The notes under the pieces were generated by a model, which saw nothing but the letters and a program-made list of their open reading frames with translations, did not search any database and was not told where the DNA came from. Shown here piece by piece: positions 1-9,739 of a stretch of DNA of 64,000 bases. The stretch spans positions 777 through 64,776 of the forward strand of contig DEIN01000017.1 in the NCBI GenBank assembly GCA_002352465.1, read 5' to 3'. The stretch's first letter is position 1; every line of letters starts with the position of its first letter. The translations under genes were made by a program, and so were the position numbers. Source of the stretch: Patescibacteria group bacterium UBA2773. Its GTDB lineage: Bacteria; Patescibacteriota; Minisyncoccia; Moranbacterales; DUUL01.

Positions 1-1
1 T

Positions 2-3000
2 TCTTTGCTTTTCAAGAAAACAGGAGAAGTTAGGGAACAAGAAATCTTTTTGACCGATTTTCCTTTGATGACTGAGCGAGGAACTTTTATTATCAATGGA
101 ATCGAGAGAGTTGTGATTTCTCAGATAATCAGAAGTCCTGGAGTTTTCTTTACGATGAATTATCAAAAAGGTAAAAAACTTTTTGGAGCCAAGATTATTC
201 CTAATAAAGGGGCTTGGTTCGAATTTGAGACTGATTACAATAATGTTATTTGGGTTAAAATTGATCGAAGACGAAAAATTCCAGCTACTTCTTTGCTGAA
301 AATTTTTGGTTTGGGAACAGAAGAAGAAATTCTTGAAGTCTTCAAGGATGTTGATACTCAAGAAGACTCATATATAAAAGAGACTTTAAATAAAGATATT
401 ACCAAAACTGTTGGGGAAGCTTATAAAGAAATTTATAAACGATTAAGACCAGGAGATTTGGCTACGCAAGAAAATGCTAAACAAATTATTGATAGTATGT
501 TTTTTGGTTTTGATCGATATGATTTGAGTAAAGTTGGTCGATATCGAATGAATGCCCGATTGGGAATGAACAAGAGTGAAGAAAACGAAGCCGATCGAAT
601 TTTAACCAAGGACGAGTTGGTAATGATTTTAAAAGAAGTCATTAATTTAAATAATGATCCAGAAGCTCAACCAGATGACATTGATCATTTAGGTTCAAGA
701 CGAATTAGAGGTGTGGGTGAATTAGTTCAAAATCGAGTTCGAGTAGGATTGGCTCGAATGGTGCGAAATATTCGAGACCGAATGAGCACTTCTGACAGTG
801 CAACTGTGATGCCTGGTCAGTTGATTAATCCTCGACCGACTGCAACTGTGATTAAAGAATTTTTTGCTTCATCTCAACTTTCTCAATTTATGGATCAAAT
901 TAATCCATTGGCTGAATTGGAACATAAACGACGGATTAGTGCGATGGGTCCTGGTGGATTGGCACGAGAGCGAGCGGGATTTGAAGTGCGAGATGTGCAT
1001 TCTTCTCATTATGGAAGAATTTGCCCAGTGCAAACTCCAGAAGGTCCAAATATTGGTTTGGTTGGTCATTTAGCGACTTACGCTAAAATCAATAAGTATG
1101 GATTTTTGGAAACTCCTTATCGACCAGTCGGCGAAACCATTAAAATTGATGAAAGTATTGAAGAATGGACGGGAAGAATTTTAGAAGAAGATGTTAAAAC
1201 TGCGGCGGGAAAAGTTTTATTTAAAAAAGGATACTCAGTTAAAGGAACTGATTTAGCTGAAATTAGAAAATCTGGGAAAAAAGAAATTAAGGTCCACATC
1301 TTTATTAAAAGTGATGTTCAATATTTGAATGCCTTAGAAGAAGAACAACATCGAATTGTTCACGCTGGAATTAACGTTGATGAATTTGACAATATTTTTG
1401 AAAAAGAAGTTGACATCAGACATAAAGGAACGCCGAAGACTTGTGAAATCAACGAAGTTGATTACGCGGATGTTTCTTCTAAACAATTTATTTCAGTGGC
1501 GACGGCCTTGATTCCTTTCTTGGAACATGATGATGCTAACCGGGCTTTAATGGGTTCAAATATGCAAAGACAAGCAGTTTCTTGTATTCAACCTCAGGCT
1601 CCATTTGTTGGAACTGGATTAGAAGATAAAGCAGCCGCTGATTCTGGCCAAGTTATTTTAGCCAGGGAAGATGGTGTTGTCACAGAAGTTGATGCTAATC
1701 ACGTGGTGGTTAAATATCAAGAAAAAGGCAAAGCCAAGAAACGAGAACATATTTTGCAAAATTTTGTGAAATCTAATGGTTATACTTGTATGAATCAAAT
1801 TCCTCGAGTAGATCGAGGACAAGCAGTAAAAGTCGGTGATCTTTTAGCCGATGGAGCCTCTACTGAAAATGGAGAAATTGCTTTGGGACAAAATATTTTG
1901 ACTGCTTTAATGTCTTGGGAAGGATATAATTTTGAAGATGCGATTATTATTTCTAAGAAATTACTAAAAACCGATAATTATAGCTCAATTCATATTGAAG
2001 ATTTTAAAATTGATGTTCGAGATACTAAGCTTGGGCCAGAAATTGTTACGAGAGATATTCCAAATATTTCCGAAGACCGATTGAAAAACTTGGATGAAAC
2101 TGGCATTATCCGAATTGGAGCTGAAATTGGTTCTGGCGATATTCTTGTTGGTAAGGTGACTTTGAAAGGTGAAGGTGATTTGACTGCTGAAGAGAGGTTA
2201 TTGCGGGCAGTGTTTGGTGAAAAAGCTCGAGACGTTAAGGATACTTCTTTATATTTACCTCATGGTGAAAGTGGAAAAGTAGTAGACATCAAAATTTTCT
2301 CTAGAGAACAGGGAGATAAATTATCCGCCGGAGTAATTCAACAAATTCAAATTTCGATTGCTCAACTTCGAAAAATTTCCGTTGGAGATAAGTTGGCGGG
2401 ACGACATGGAAACAAAGGGGTAATTTCTCGAATTGCGAATGAAGAAGATATGCCCTTTTTGCCAGACGGAACTCCAATCGATTTAATTTTGACTCCTTTG
2501 GGAGTACCTTCTCGAATGAATCTAGGTCAAATCCTTGAAATTCACTTAGGTTGGGCGGCTTCTGTTCTGGGGTATAAAGCGGCAACTCCAGCTTTGAGCG
2601 GAGTGACAAAAGAGCAAATAAAAGCGGAATTGAAAAAAGCTGGTTTGCCAGAAGACGGAAAGATGAACCTTATCAATGGTAAGACGGGCGAACCTTTTAC
2701 TGAGAGAACGACGGTTGGTAGAATGTATATTTTGAAACTGAATCATTTGGTTGAAGATAAATTGCATATGCGTTCAATCGGTCCTTACTCTTTAATCACT
2801 CAACAGCCATTAGGAGGTAAAGCTCAGTTTGGTGGACAAAGATTTGGAGAAATGGAAGTATGGGCGCTTGAAGGTCATGGAGCAGCCAATGTTTTACAAG
2901 AGATGTTGACTATTAAATCTGATGATGTTCTAGGTAGATCTAATGCCTATGAATCAATAATCAAAGGTGAAAAAATTAATCAACCTAATATTCCAGCGGC

Positions 3001-3103
3001 TTTTCACGTGCTTGTGAATGAATTGAAAGCTTTGGCTTTAGATGTCAATCTTTTTCGATCAAGTGGAGAAAAAAGCACTGCAACTAACTCTTTAAACTTT
3101 TAA
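2..3103 (+). CDS. rpoB: DNA-directed RNA polymerase subunit beta (5' end cut by window edge)
   Basis: A 1032-aa ORF enters from the window start. RpoB hallmark segments are present (..RISAMGPGGL.., ..NFEDAIIIS.., ..QRFGEMEVWALE..). The gene is directly followed by rpoC. Confidence 0.95.
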   Translation, partial: SLLFKKTGEVREQEIFLTDFPLMTERGTFIINGIERVVISQIIRSPGVFFTMNYQKGKKLFGAKIIPNKGAWFEFETDYNNVIWVKIDRRRKIPATSLLKIFGLGTEEEILEVFKDVDTQEDSYIKETLNKDITKTVGEAYKEIYKRLRPGDLATQENAKQIIDSMFFGFDRYDLSKVGRYRMNARLGMNKSEENEADRILTKDELVMILKEVINLNNDPEAQPDDIDHLGSRRIRGVGELVQNRVRVGLARMVRNIRDRMSTSDSATVMPGQLINPRPTATVIKEFFASSQLSQFMDQINPLAELEHKRRISAMGPGGLARERAGFEVRDVHSSHYGRICPVQTPEGPNIGLVGHLATYAKINKYGFLETPYRPVGETIKIDESIEEWTGRILEEDVKTAAGKVLFKKGYSVKGTDLAEIRKSGKKEIKVHIFIKSDVQYLNALEEEQHRIVHAGINVDEFDNIFEKEVDIRHKGTPKTCEINEVDYADVSSKQFISVATALIPFLEHDDANRALMGSNMQRQAVSCIQPQAPFVGTGLEDKAAADSGQVILAREDGVVTEVDANHVVVKYQEKGKAKKREHILQNFVKSNGYTCMNQIPRVDRGQAVKVGDLLADGASTENGEIALGQNILTALMSWEGYNFEDAIIISKKLLKTDNYSSIHIEDFKIDVRDTKLGPEIVTRDIPNISEDRLKNLDETGIIRIGAEIGSGDILVGKVTLKGEGDLTAEERLLRAVFGEKARDVKDTSLYLPHGESGKVVDIKIFSREQGDKLSAGVIQQIQISIAQLRKISVGDKLAGRHGNKGVISRIANEEDMPFLPDGTPIDLILTPLGVPSRMNLGQILEIHLGWAASVLGYKAATPALSGVTKEQIKAELKKAGLPEDGKMNLINGKTGEPFTERTTVGRMYILKLNHLVEDKLHMRSIGPYSLITQQPLGGKAQFGGQRFGEMEVWALEGHGAANVLQEMLTIKSDDVLGRSNAYESIIKGEKINQPNIPAAFHVLVNELKALALDVNLFRSSGEKSTATNSLNF

Positions 3104-3178
3104 ATAATTTCTTAATCAGAATTATTTTCAGAAAATTTTTAAAAAATAGAGTCTGATCATAATTTAAATCCAAAATCA

Positions 3179-6100
3179 ATGGCTGATAAAATAACGAAAA
3201 TTTCCGATTTCAATGTAGTCCAGCTTAAATTGGCTTCCCCCGAAACTATCCTAGGATGGTCTAGCGGAGAAGTGACACGACCAGAAACAATTAACTATCG
3301 AACTCAAAAATACGAGAAAGATGGGTTATTTTGTGAGAAAACGTTTGGTCCTTCTAAAGATTGGGAATGTGCTTGTGGAAAATATAAAAAAATTAGATAT
3401 AAGGGTATTGTTTGTGATAAGTGTGGGGTGGAAGTGACTCGGTCAATCGTTCGACGAGAAAGAATGGGCCACATTCAATTGGCGACTCCAGTTTCCCATA
3501 TTTGGTTTTTGAAAGGTTTGCCATCGAAAATTGGTTTGGCTTTGGATTTGCCTTCTCAAATTTTAGAAAAAGTTGTTTATTTTGCTGGTTATATTATCAC
3601 TGTGGTTGATGAAGAAGCGCGACAAGAAGCGCTAGATAGTTTGGCGGTAGATTGTAAAAAACAGTTGAAAACGGCTGATGGTAAGGAAAATAAAGCTGAT
3701 TTAAAGAAAATTTTTAAACAGACTGAAAATGAGTTAAATAATCTCAAAGTCAAACAGGTTTTGAGCGAAATTGAATATTATGATTTTTCTCGAAAGTTTG
3801 GACAAGTTTTTAACGCGTCTATTGGAGCTGAAGCAATTGAAAAATTATTGTCAGAGATTGACTTAGACAAAGAAATCAAGTTTTTAGAAACAGACGTTGA
3901 TAAAAAAACTGCTATTGATCGAAAGAAAATTATTAAAAGATTGAGATTATTTAAAGGTTTTAAGTTGGCTGATTTAAAACCAAGTTGGATGATGCTTAAG
4001 GTTATTCCAATTATTCCTCCAGATATTCGACCAATGGTTCAACTGGATGGTGGACGATTTGCTACTTCTGATTTGAACGATCTTTATCGAAGGATTATTA
4101 ATCGGAATAATCGTTTGAAAAAATTGATTAGTCTGGGAGCGCCAGAAGTTATTCAGCGAAATGAGAAACGAATGTTGCAAGAAGCAGTGGACGCTTTATT
4201 GGACAACAGCACTCGAAGAAATCAAACTCGTGTCACGGCTTCAACCGGACAAAATCGAGCTTTGAAATCAGTTGCTGATATGCTTAAAGGAAAGCAAGGT
4301 CGTTTTCGACAAAATTTATTGGGTAAACGAGTTGATTATTCTGGACGAAGTGTGATTGTGGTTGGTCCAAATCTTAAATTGGACGAATGTGGTATTCCTA
4401 AAAAAATGGCGTTGGAATTATTCAAGCCATTTATTATCAACAAATTAATCGAGAATGAACATGCTCATAATGTTCGAATTGCGGGACGAATGGTGGATGA
4501 TGAAGCCGAGGAAGCTTATGAAATGTTGGAAAAAATTATTGATCATCAATACGTGATGTTGAATCGAGCTCCAACTTTGCATCGTTTGTCAATTCAAGCT
4601 TTTCGACCAAAATTAATTGAGGGTAAAGCAATTCAAGTTCATCCTTTAGTTTGTGCCGCTTTTAACGCTGATTTCGATGGAGATCAAATGGCGGTTCACG
4701 TTCCGTTGACGGAAAAAGCTCGAGTAGAATGTGAAGAAATTATGCTTTCTAGTCGAAATTTATTGAAACCATCTAGTGGTGATCCAATTGTAAATCCTTC
4801 TCAGGATATTGTTTTGGGAATTTATTACTTAACTCAAATCAAAGATGGGCTGAAAGGCGAGGGTAAATATTTTTCTTCTATTGATGAAGTTATAAAGGCT
4901 TATCAAGCTGGGGTTGTTAATTTGAGAGCCAAGGTTACTTTGTATTTTGAAGATGGTAAAAAAATTGAAACTTCAGCCGGACAAGCTAGTTTGAATGATA
5001 TTTTGCCAGAAAGTATGGAATATTTGAGTAAGACTTTGGACAAAAATGATATAAAAAACTTGATTGCTAAATTTTTATTAATAGAAGGCAAGGAGGCTAC
5101 GGTTGATTTCTTGAATAAATTGAAGCAATTGGGCTTTAAGTATGTGACAAAATCAGGAATTAGTTTAGGAATGGACGATGTGACAATCCCTGAAGCTAAG
5201 AAAGCTTTAATCGCGGAAGCCGAAAAATTAGTAAAAAATGTTAATAATCAGTTTGAAGAAGGTCTTTTAACTGATGAAGAGCGAAAATCTAAGGTAATCG
5301 AAATTTGGAATGATACAAAGAATAAGATCGCTGAAGAAGTTAAAAAAGTGATTGATCCAGAAAGTCCAATTCATTCTATGATTACTTCTAAAGCTAGAGG
5401 GTCTGAATCGGTAGTAGTTCAAATGGTTGGAATGAAAGGTTTAGTGGCTGGTCCAACGGGAGAAACAATTGAATTGCCAGTGAAAGGTTCTTTGAAAGGG
5501 GGATTTGGAGTATTGGAATATTTCATTTCTACTCATGGAGCTCGAAAGGGTATGGCTGATACGGCCTTGAGAACGGCGACAGCGGGTTATTTGACTCGAC
5601 GGTTGGCTGATGTGGCTCAAGACGTGATTGTAAAGGAGAACGATTGTGGTGATACCAAGGGAACTTATATGTATGTTGCGGATGCCGAAAGTATTGGACA
5701 AAGTTTTGCTTCAAGGATTGTGGGGCGGGTTTTAGTGGAAGATGTGCTTAATCCTGATAACAAAGAAAAACTTGCGAAAAAAGGTGATTTGATTAATCAT
5801 GATCAAGCTAAAGCGATTGAAGAGGTCAAAGTCGATCGGATTAAAATCAGAAGTTTGATCACTTGCAAGACGCATCGAGGAATTTGTCAGAAATGTTATG
5901 GATTGGATTTAGGCCGAAATCATTTGGTTCAACTAGGTGAAGCGGTTGGAATTGTGGCAGCGCAATCAATCGGAGAGCCAGGAACTCAGTTAACGATGAG
6001 AACCTTTCATATTGGTGGAGTGGCTGGAACTGATATTACTCAAGGTTTGCCTCGAGTAGAGGAAATTTTTGAAAATCGAACTCCAAAAACCGAAGGAATT

Positions 6101-6763
6101 ATTGCTGAGTTTGATGGACGAATAATTGAAGTTAAAGAAAATCACAAGCAAAAAATTATTCGAGTTCAAAAGCAAGCCGAAGAAGGCAAGAAAGTTGGAG
6201 CAGATGCTGATATTAAGGAATATATTATTCCAGCGGTAATTAATGCTAAGGTTAAACAAGGTGACGAAGTTAAGAAAGGGCAAGTTTTATCTGAAGGTCA
6301 TTTAGATCTAAAGAAATTATTCAAAATTAATGGAGAAGAAGCTCTTCATAGATATATTGTTCAAGAAGTTCAAGAAATTTATCAAACTCAAGGTGAGGGA
6401 ATTAATGATAAACATCTAGAAATTGTTGTGCGAAGAATGCTTTCTCGAGTAAAAGTCACTCATTCTGGAGATACTGATTTATTAGAAGGTGACGTAGTTG
6501 AGATTGAGCGATTCGAAGAAGTCAATATTGAAGCTAGGGAAAGCGGACTTAAGGAATGCAAAGGTGAAAGATTAGTTTTGGGAATTTCCAAGGTTGCTCT
6601 TTCAACTGGAAGTTTCTTGTCAGCGGCTTCTTTCCAAGAAACTGCTAAAGTTTTGATTAATGCGTCAGTGCAAGGGAAGTGCGACTACTTACGAGGACTT
6701 AAAGAGAATGTAATTATTGGAAAGCTTATCCCCGCTGGTACAGGCTATCGTTCGAAGCTTTAG
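3179..6763 (+). CDS. rpoC: DNA-directed RNA polymerase subunit beta'
   Basis: 1194-aa ORF with an N-terminal Zn finger (CxxC..CxxC) and the catalytic [14 protein letters not shown] motif. It sits in the canonical position after rpoB. Confidence 0.95.
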   Translation: MADKITKISDFNVVQLKLASPETILGWSSGEVTRPETINYRTQKYEKDGLFCEKTFGPSKDWECACGKYKKIRYKGIVCDKCGVEVTRSIVRRERMGHIQLATPVSHIWFLKGLPSKIGLALDLPSQILEKVVYFAGYIITVVDEEARQEALDSLAVDCKKQLKTADGKENKADLKKIFKQTENELNNLKVKQVLSEIEYYDFSRKFGQVFNASIGAEAIEKLLSEIDLDKEIKFLETDVDKKTAIDRKKIIKRLRLFKGFKLADLKPSWMMLKVIPIIPPDIRPMVQLDGGRFATSDLNDLYRRIINRNNRLKKLISLGAPEVIQRNEKRMLQEAVDALLDNSTRRNQTRVTASTGQNRALKSVADMLKGKQGRFRQNLLGKRVDYSGRSVIVVGPNLKLDECGIPKKMALELFKPFIINKLIENEHAHNVRIAGRMVDDEAEEAYEMLEKIIDHQYVMLNRAPTLHRLSIQAFRPKLIEGKAIQVHPLVCAAFNADFDGDQMAVHVPLTEKARVECEEIMLSSRNLLKPSSGDPIVNPSQDIVLGIYYLTQIKDGLKGEGKYFSSIDEVIKAYQAGVVNLRAKVTLYFEDGKKIETSAGQASLNDILPESMEYLSKTLDKNDIKNLIAKFLLIEGKEATVDFLNKLKQLGFKYVTKSGISLGMDDVTIPEAKKALIAEAEKLVKNVNNQFEEGLLTDEERKSKVIEIWNDTKNKIAEEVKKVIDPESPIHSMITSKARGSESVVVQMVGMKGLVAGPTGETIELPVKGSLKGGFGVLEYFISTHGARKGMADTALRTATAGYLTRRLADVAQDVIVKENDCGDTKGTYMYVADAESIGQSFASRIVGRVLVEDVLNPDNKEKLAKKGDLINHDQAKAIEEVKVDRIKIRSLITCKTHRGICQKCYGLDLGRNHLVQLGEAVGIVAAQSIGEPGTQLTMRTFHIGGVAGTDITQGLPRVEEIFENRTPKTEGIIAEFDGRIIEVKENHKQKIIRVQKQAEEGKKVGADADIKEYIIPAVINAKVKQGDEVKKGQVLSEGHLDLKKLFKINGEEALHRYIVQEVQEIYQTQGEGINDKHLEIVVRRMLSRVKVTHSGDTDLLEGDVVEIERFEEVNIEARESGLKECKGERLVLGISKVALSTGSFLSAASFQETAKVLINASVQGKCDYLRGLKENVIIGKLIPAGTGYRSKL

Positions 6764-6769
6764 GTCGTG

Positions 6770-6900
6770 TTAAGTCTGCTCATTTGGCGAACTTCGTTGT
6801 CGGGCTTCTCATCTCTCGCTCAATGTACCATTAAGTACATTTCGCTTGCTACTCAAGTCTTCCTAGAATTTTCCTCAAATGAGCAAACCTTGAAGCTTGT
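6770..6900. repeat. Dispersed repeat family 1 copy (directly after the rpoC stop)
   Basis: ggcgaacttcgttgtcgggcttctcatctctcgctcaatgtaccattaagtacatttcgcttgctactcaagtcttcctagaattttcctcaaatgagc. Confidence 0.65.
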
Positions 6901-6979
6901 TCTACCGTGCTCAAATTTTAAAGCTTTGATTTGTAAAAAGTTTATAAAGATTTTTAGATAAAAAACCACTCTAAGTAGA

Positions 6980-7030
6980 CTGGGACTTAAAAAGTAGACA
7001 CAAAATGTCTACTTTTTGGGTCCCAGTTTT
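6980..7030 (+). terminator. Rho-independent terminator after rpoC (21-bp stem with two U·G pairs, followed by TTTT)
   Basis: Inverted repeat ctgggacttaaaaagtagaca / caaa / atgtctactttttgggtcccag, then tttt. Confidence 0.7.
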
Positions 7031-7080
7031 AAGGATTGGTTTTTTGGGGTTTCTAATTTGATATTTAATACAAAAGAGAA

Positions 7081-7120
7081 GATCATCTTAAAATTTCTTA
7101 ATAAGATGATCTTTTTTCTT
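7081..7120 (+). terminator. Second hairpin followed by a T-run after rpoC
   Basis: Arms gatcatctt ... aagatgatc followed by ttttttctt. Confidence 0.6.
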
Positions 7121-7505
7121 TAAACGGAGCTTTTACTTAATCTTTGGATGGAGATTAAGTTTTTCTAATTCTGTTGTTATTTTTTGTTCCTCTTAGTTTA
7201 AGCATAACGTCTATGTTCAAAGTCCTTTTTATTTTGTAGTTTTCGTTGTTTTTTCTCATGAAACACCTTTCGTGTTTCTTGATTAACTTCCTTATTTACC
7301 TTTTTCAGATTACACCATATTTTTAGCTTTTGTTAAAAGTAGTATCGAAATAATAGCAAAAAATTAGGAACAACTAGAAATTTGAATTATGTAATTAATT
7401 ATGTAGTTGTCCCTTACTTTTTTATAAAATAAAATTGAAAAATACTTGATTACTAGGGTTCTATCTGAAATTGGTTTTGATTGCAAGCGTTAAAAGAAAG
7501 GAAAA

Positions 7506-7536
7506 TAAAAAAACATCGAGTTAACGATGTTTTTTG
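7506..7536. terminator. Palindromic hairpin flanked by A- and T-runs (bidirectional terminator, 3' of rpsT)
   Basis: The sequence aaaaaaacatcgagttaacgatgttttttt lies immediately downstream of the rpsT stop. Confidence 0.65.
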
Positions 7537-7560
7537 AAGTTGAATTCTAGTTAATCGAAA

Positions 7561-7827
7561 TTATTTTTTCAAAGCTACGATTTTTTTGACTAAGCTGGAT
7601 TTTCTTCGAGCGGCGGTGTTTTTTTTTAAGATTCCTTTTTTCATTGCTTTGTCGATGGTTTGTTGAGCTGATTTGAATAATTTTTCAGCTTCTGGTCGAT
7701 CTTTGACTAAAATAGCATCTCTAACTTTTCGGATAGCGTTTTTCATTGAAAGTTTAGTTTTTTTATTGAAAGCATTTTTTTTAGCTGTCACTTTCACATA
7801 TTTTTTGGCAGCGTCAAGAATTGGCAT
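7561..7827 (-). CDS. rpsT: 30S ribosomal protein S20
   Basis: 88-aa basic protein. Its pattern MPI..AKK..K...K...N...KS..K..I....A.......A...F......D.A.KKG....N.AAR.KS.L resembles S20. Confidence 0.8.
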   Translation of the reverse strand: MPILDAAKKYVKVTAKKNAFNKKTKLSMKNAIRKVRDAILVKDRPEAEKLFKSAQQTIDKAMKKGILKKNTAARRKSSLVKKIVALKK

Positions 7828-7966
7828 ATAAATTATTTTAAAACATATTAATAGTGCTTTTAGCGAGCACCTTTATTACTGGTTAATATTAGCATGGTCT
7901 GGAAAGTTTGTAAAGATAATGATATTATTAAAACAATTGAAATTGTAAATTATAAATTTGGATCCA

Positions 7967-8536
7967 ATGATTGGAAAATTAAAAGGAGCGGTTGATTATT
8001 TCGGAGTAGGTTATTTAATTTTGGACGTTAATGGCGTGGGTTATAAGGTATCTTGCAATGAATTGACTTTGGCTAAAGCCTCCAGTCAAGAAACTTTTGA
8101 GCTTTTTATTTATACCCACGTGAAAGAAGATCAATTGTCATTGATTGGGTTTGAGACGCAAGATGAATTGGAACTGTTCGAGCTTTTGATTTCAGTTTCA
8201 GGCGTGGGTCCTAAAGCGGCTTTGAATATTTTGAATATTGCTTCTCCGGACGTGGTAAAAACGGCGATTGTTAATCAGGATCCAAGTATTCTGACTCAAG
8301 TATCAGGAATCGGAAAAAAGACGGCTGAGCGATTAATTTTGGAATTGCAAAATAAGGTTAAGAATTTTTCTTCAGTGGTGCAACAAACAGCACAAGGAGA
8401 TCAAGATGTTATCGAAGCTTTAGTTTCAATGGGCTATAATATTAGTGAGGCGAGAGAGGCGGCGAAGAGTGTTTCGGTTGAGGTGAAGGATGTTTCAGAA
8501 AGAATTAAGCTGGCCCTCAAATCCATGCGTCAATAA
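7967..8536 (+). CDS. ruvA: Holliday junction DNA helicase RuvA
   Basis: It starts MIGKLKG...GVGY, like RuvA. A helix-hairpin-helix region (VSGVGPKAALNIL; VSGIGKKTAERLILEL) is present. The ATG at 7967 is preferred over the upstream TTG. Confidence 0.85.
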   Translation: MIGKLKGAVDYFGVGYLILDVNGVGYKVSCNELTLAKASSQETFELFIYTHVKEDQLSLIGFETQDELELFELLISVSGVGPKAALNILNIASPDVVKTAIVNQDPSILTQVSGIGKKTAERLILELQNKVKNFSSVVQQTAQGDQDVIEALVSMGYNISEAREAAKSVSVEVKDVSERIKLALKSMRQ

Positions 8537-8554
8537 TTAAGGTCAGAAACTTTA

Positions 8555-8665
8555 TATTTGGTGTATTTTTTTGTCAAATTCTCCGTTGCTTTTCGATGTG
8601 CCATTCAGCACATCTCATACGCTACTCGAATTTTTCTCAAACTGCCCTCGAATATATAGTTTCTG
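8555..8665. repeat. Dispersed repeat family 1 copy (after ruvA)
   Basis: ggtgtatttttttgtcaaattctccgttgcttttcgatgtgccattcagcacatctcatacgctactcgaatttttctcaaactgccctcgaa. Confidence 0.75.
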
Positions 8666-8784
8666 TTATGCTGGATGAGATTGTTTTCGGTTATAGCTTT
8701 ATTACAAATTGAAACTGGGTTTAAATTTGTATTTTGATTAGTTGAGTGTGGGTGATTATTGAGTGAATAATAATATTTTTAGGA

Positions 8785-9735
8785 ATGGATAAAAGAGAAA
8801 AGTTTTTAGCGGAAAATAGTTTGGATGGGGGATTTTTACAATCGGAATATTGGATGGCTTTTCAGGCGGAATTAAAACAAAAGTTTTATTTAGTGGAAAG
8901 TGAAGAAAATCAAGTCTTGGTGATTGAGAATAAATTGTCGTTGGTGGGTAAATATTTTTATTTGCCGAGAGGTCCAATCTTTTCTGAAAATAAGAAAGAT
9001 AATCAAGTTTTGATAAAAAAAATTAAAGACTTGGCGATTAAAAACAAGATTGGTTGGATTCGAATGGAACCACAAAGAAAAGCTGATTTAAGCCAGGTTA
9101 AAGAAAAATTAATTAAGGCTTATAAAAATCATCAACCAGCTGAAACTTTGAGTCTGGATTTGGCTTTGAGCTTGGATGAAATTTTAGCTGGGATGAAGCA
9201 GAAAACTCGTTATAATGTTCGTTTGGCTGAAAAAAAAGGAATTAAAGTTGAAGTTTTGACGGATAGCAAGAATTTAGAGATTTTTTGGAAATTGGCTCAA
9301 GAAACTGCGCAAAGAGATGGAGCTTCTTTCCATGGAAAGCAATACTATCAAAAGATGTTTAAAGCAATTCCAGCGGAGAATTTAAAGCTTCTAGTAGCTT
9401 TTAGTGGAAGTCAACCAGTCGGAGCGATTATCATTAGCTTTTTTGGGGGAGTGGCGACTTATTTACACGGAGCTTCTGCTAATAAACATCGGAATTTGAT
9501 GGCTAATTATTTTTTGCAATGGGAGGCAATCAAATATGCTAAAGAATGGGGAGCGTTGAAGTATGATTTTTTTGGAATAGCAGTTGAATTAAATAGAAAA
9601 AAGTGGTTAGGAATAACTCGTTTTAAGACTGGTTTTTGCTCAAAATGTGAGCCGACTATTTTTCCGGGTTGTTATGACTTGATTTTGAATCCATTAAAAT
9701 ATTGGATTTATAGAATATTACAATTTTTTAAATAA
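8785..9735 (+). CDS. FemAB-family peptidoglycan interpeptide-bridge peptidyltransferase (lipid II aminoacyl transferase-like)
   Basis: The N-terminus (FLQSEYWMAF...) and its ~316-aa length fit the FemX/FemAB family (PF02388-like). It lies adjacent to a Mur ligase. Confidence 0.55.
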   Translation: MDKREKFLAENSLDGGFLQSEYWMAFQAELKQKFYLVESEENQVLVIENKLSLVGKYFYLPRGPIFSENKKDNQVLIKKIKDLAIKNKIGWIRMEPQRKADLSQVKEKLIKAYKNHQPAETLSLDLALSLDEILAGMKQKTRYNVRLAEKKGIKVEVLTDSKNLEIFWKLAQETAQRDGASFHGKQYYQKMFKAIPAENLKLLVAFSGSQPVGAIIISFFGGVATYLHGASANKHRNLMANYFLQWEAIKYAKEWGALKYDFFGIAVELNRKKWLGITRFKTGFCSKCEPTIFPGCYDLILNPLKYWIYRILQFFK

Positions 9736-9739
9736 AATT

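Noticed and set aside
433-6283. Numerous 60–100-aa ORFs on both strands inside rpoB and rpoC (e.g. 433–642-, 864–1073+, 2301–2609-, 3974–4180-, 5990–6283-)
   Set aside because: They lie entirely within, or antisense to, strongly supported long genes. They have low-complexity translations and no RBS, so they are spurious.
6767-6961. 64-aa ORF directly after rpoC
   Set aside because: It coincides with the repeat-family-1 element and two terminators. The sequence is conserved as a nucleotide repeat, not as protein.
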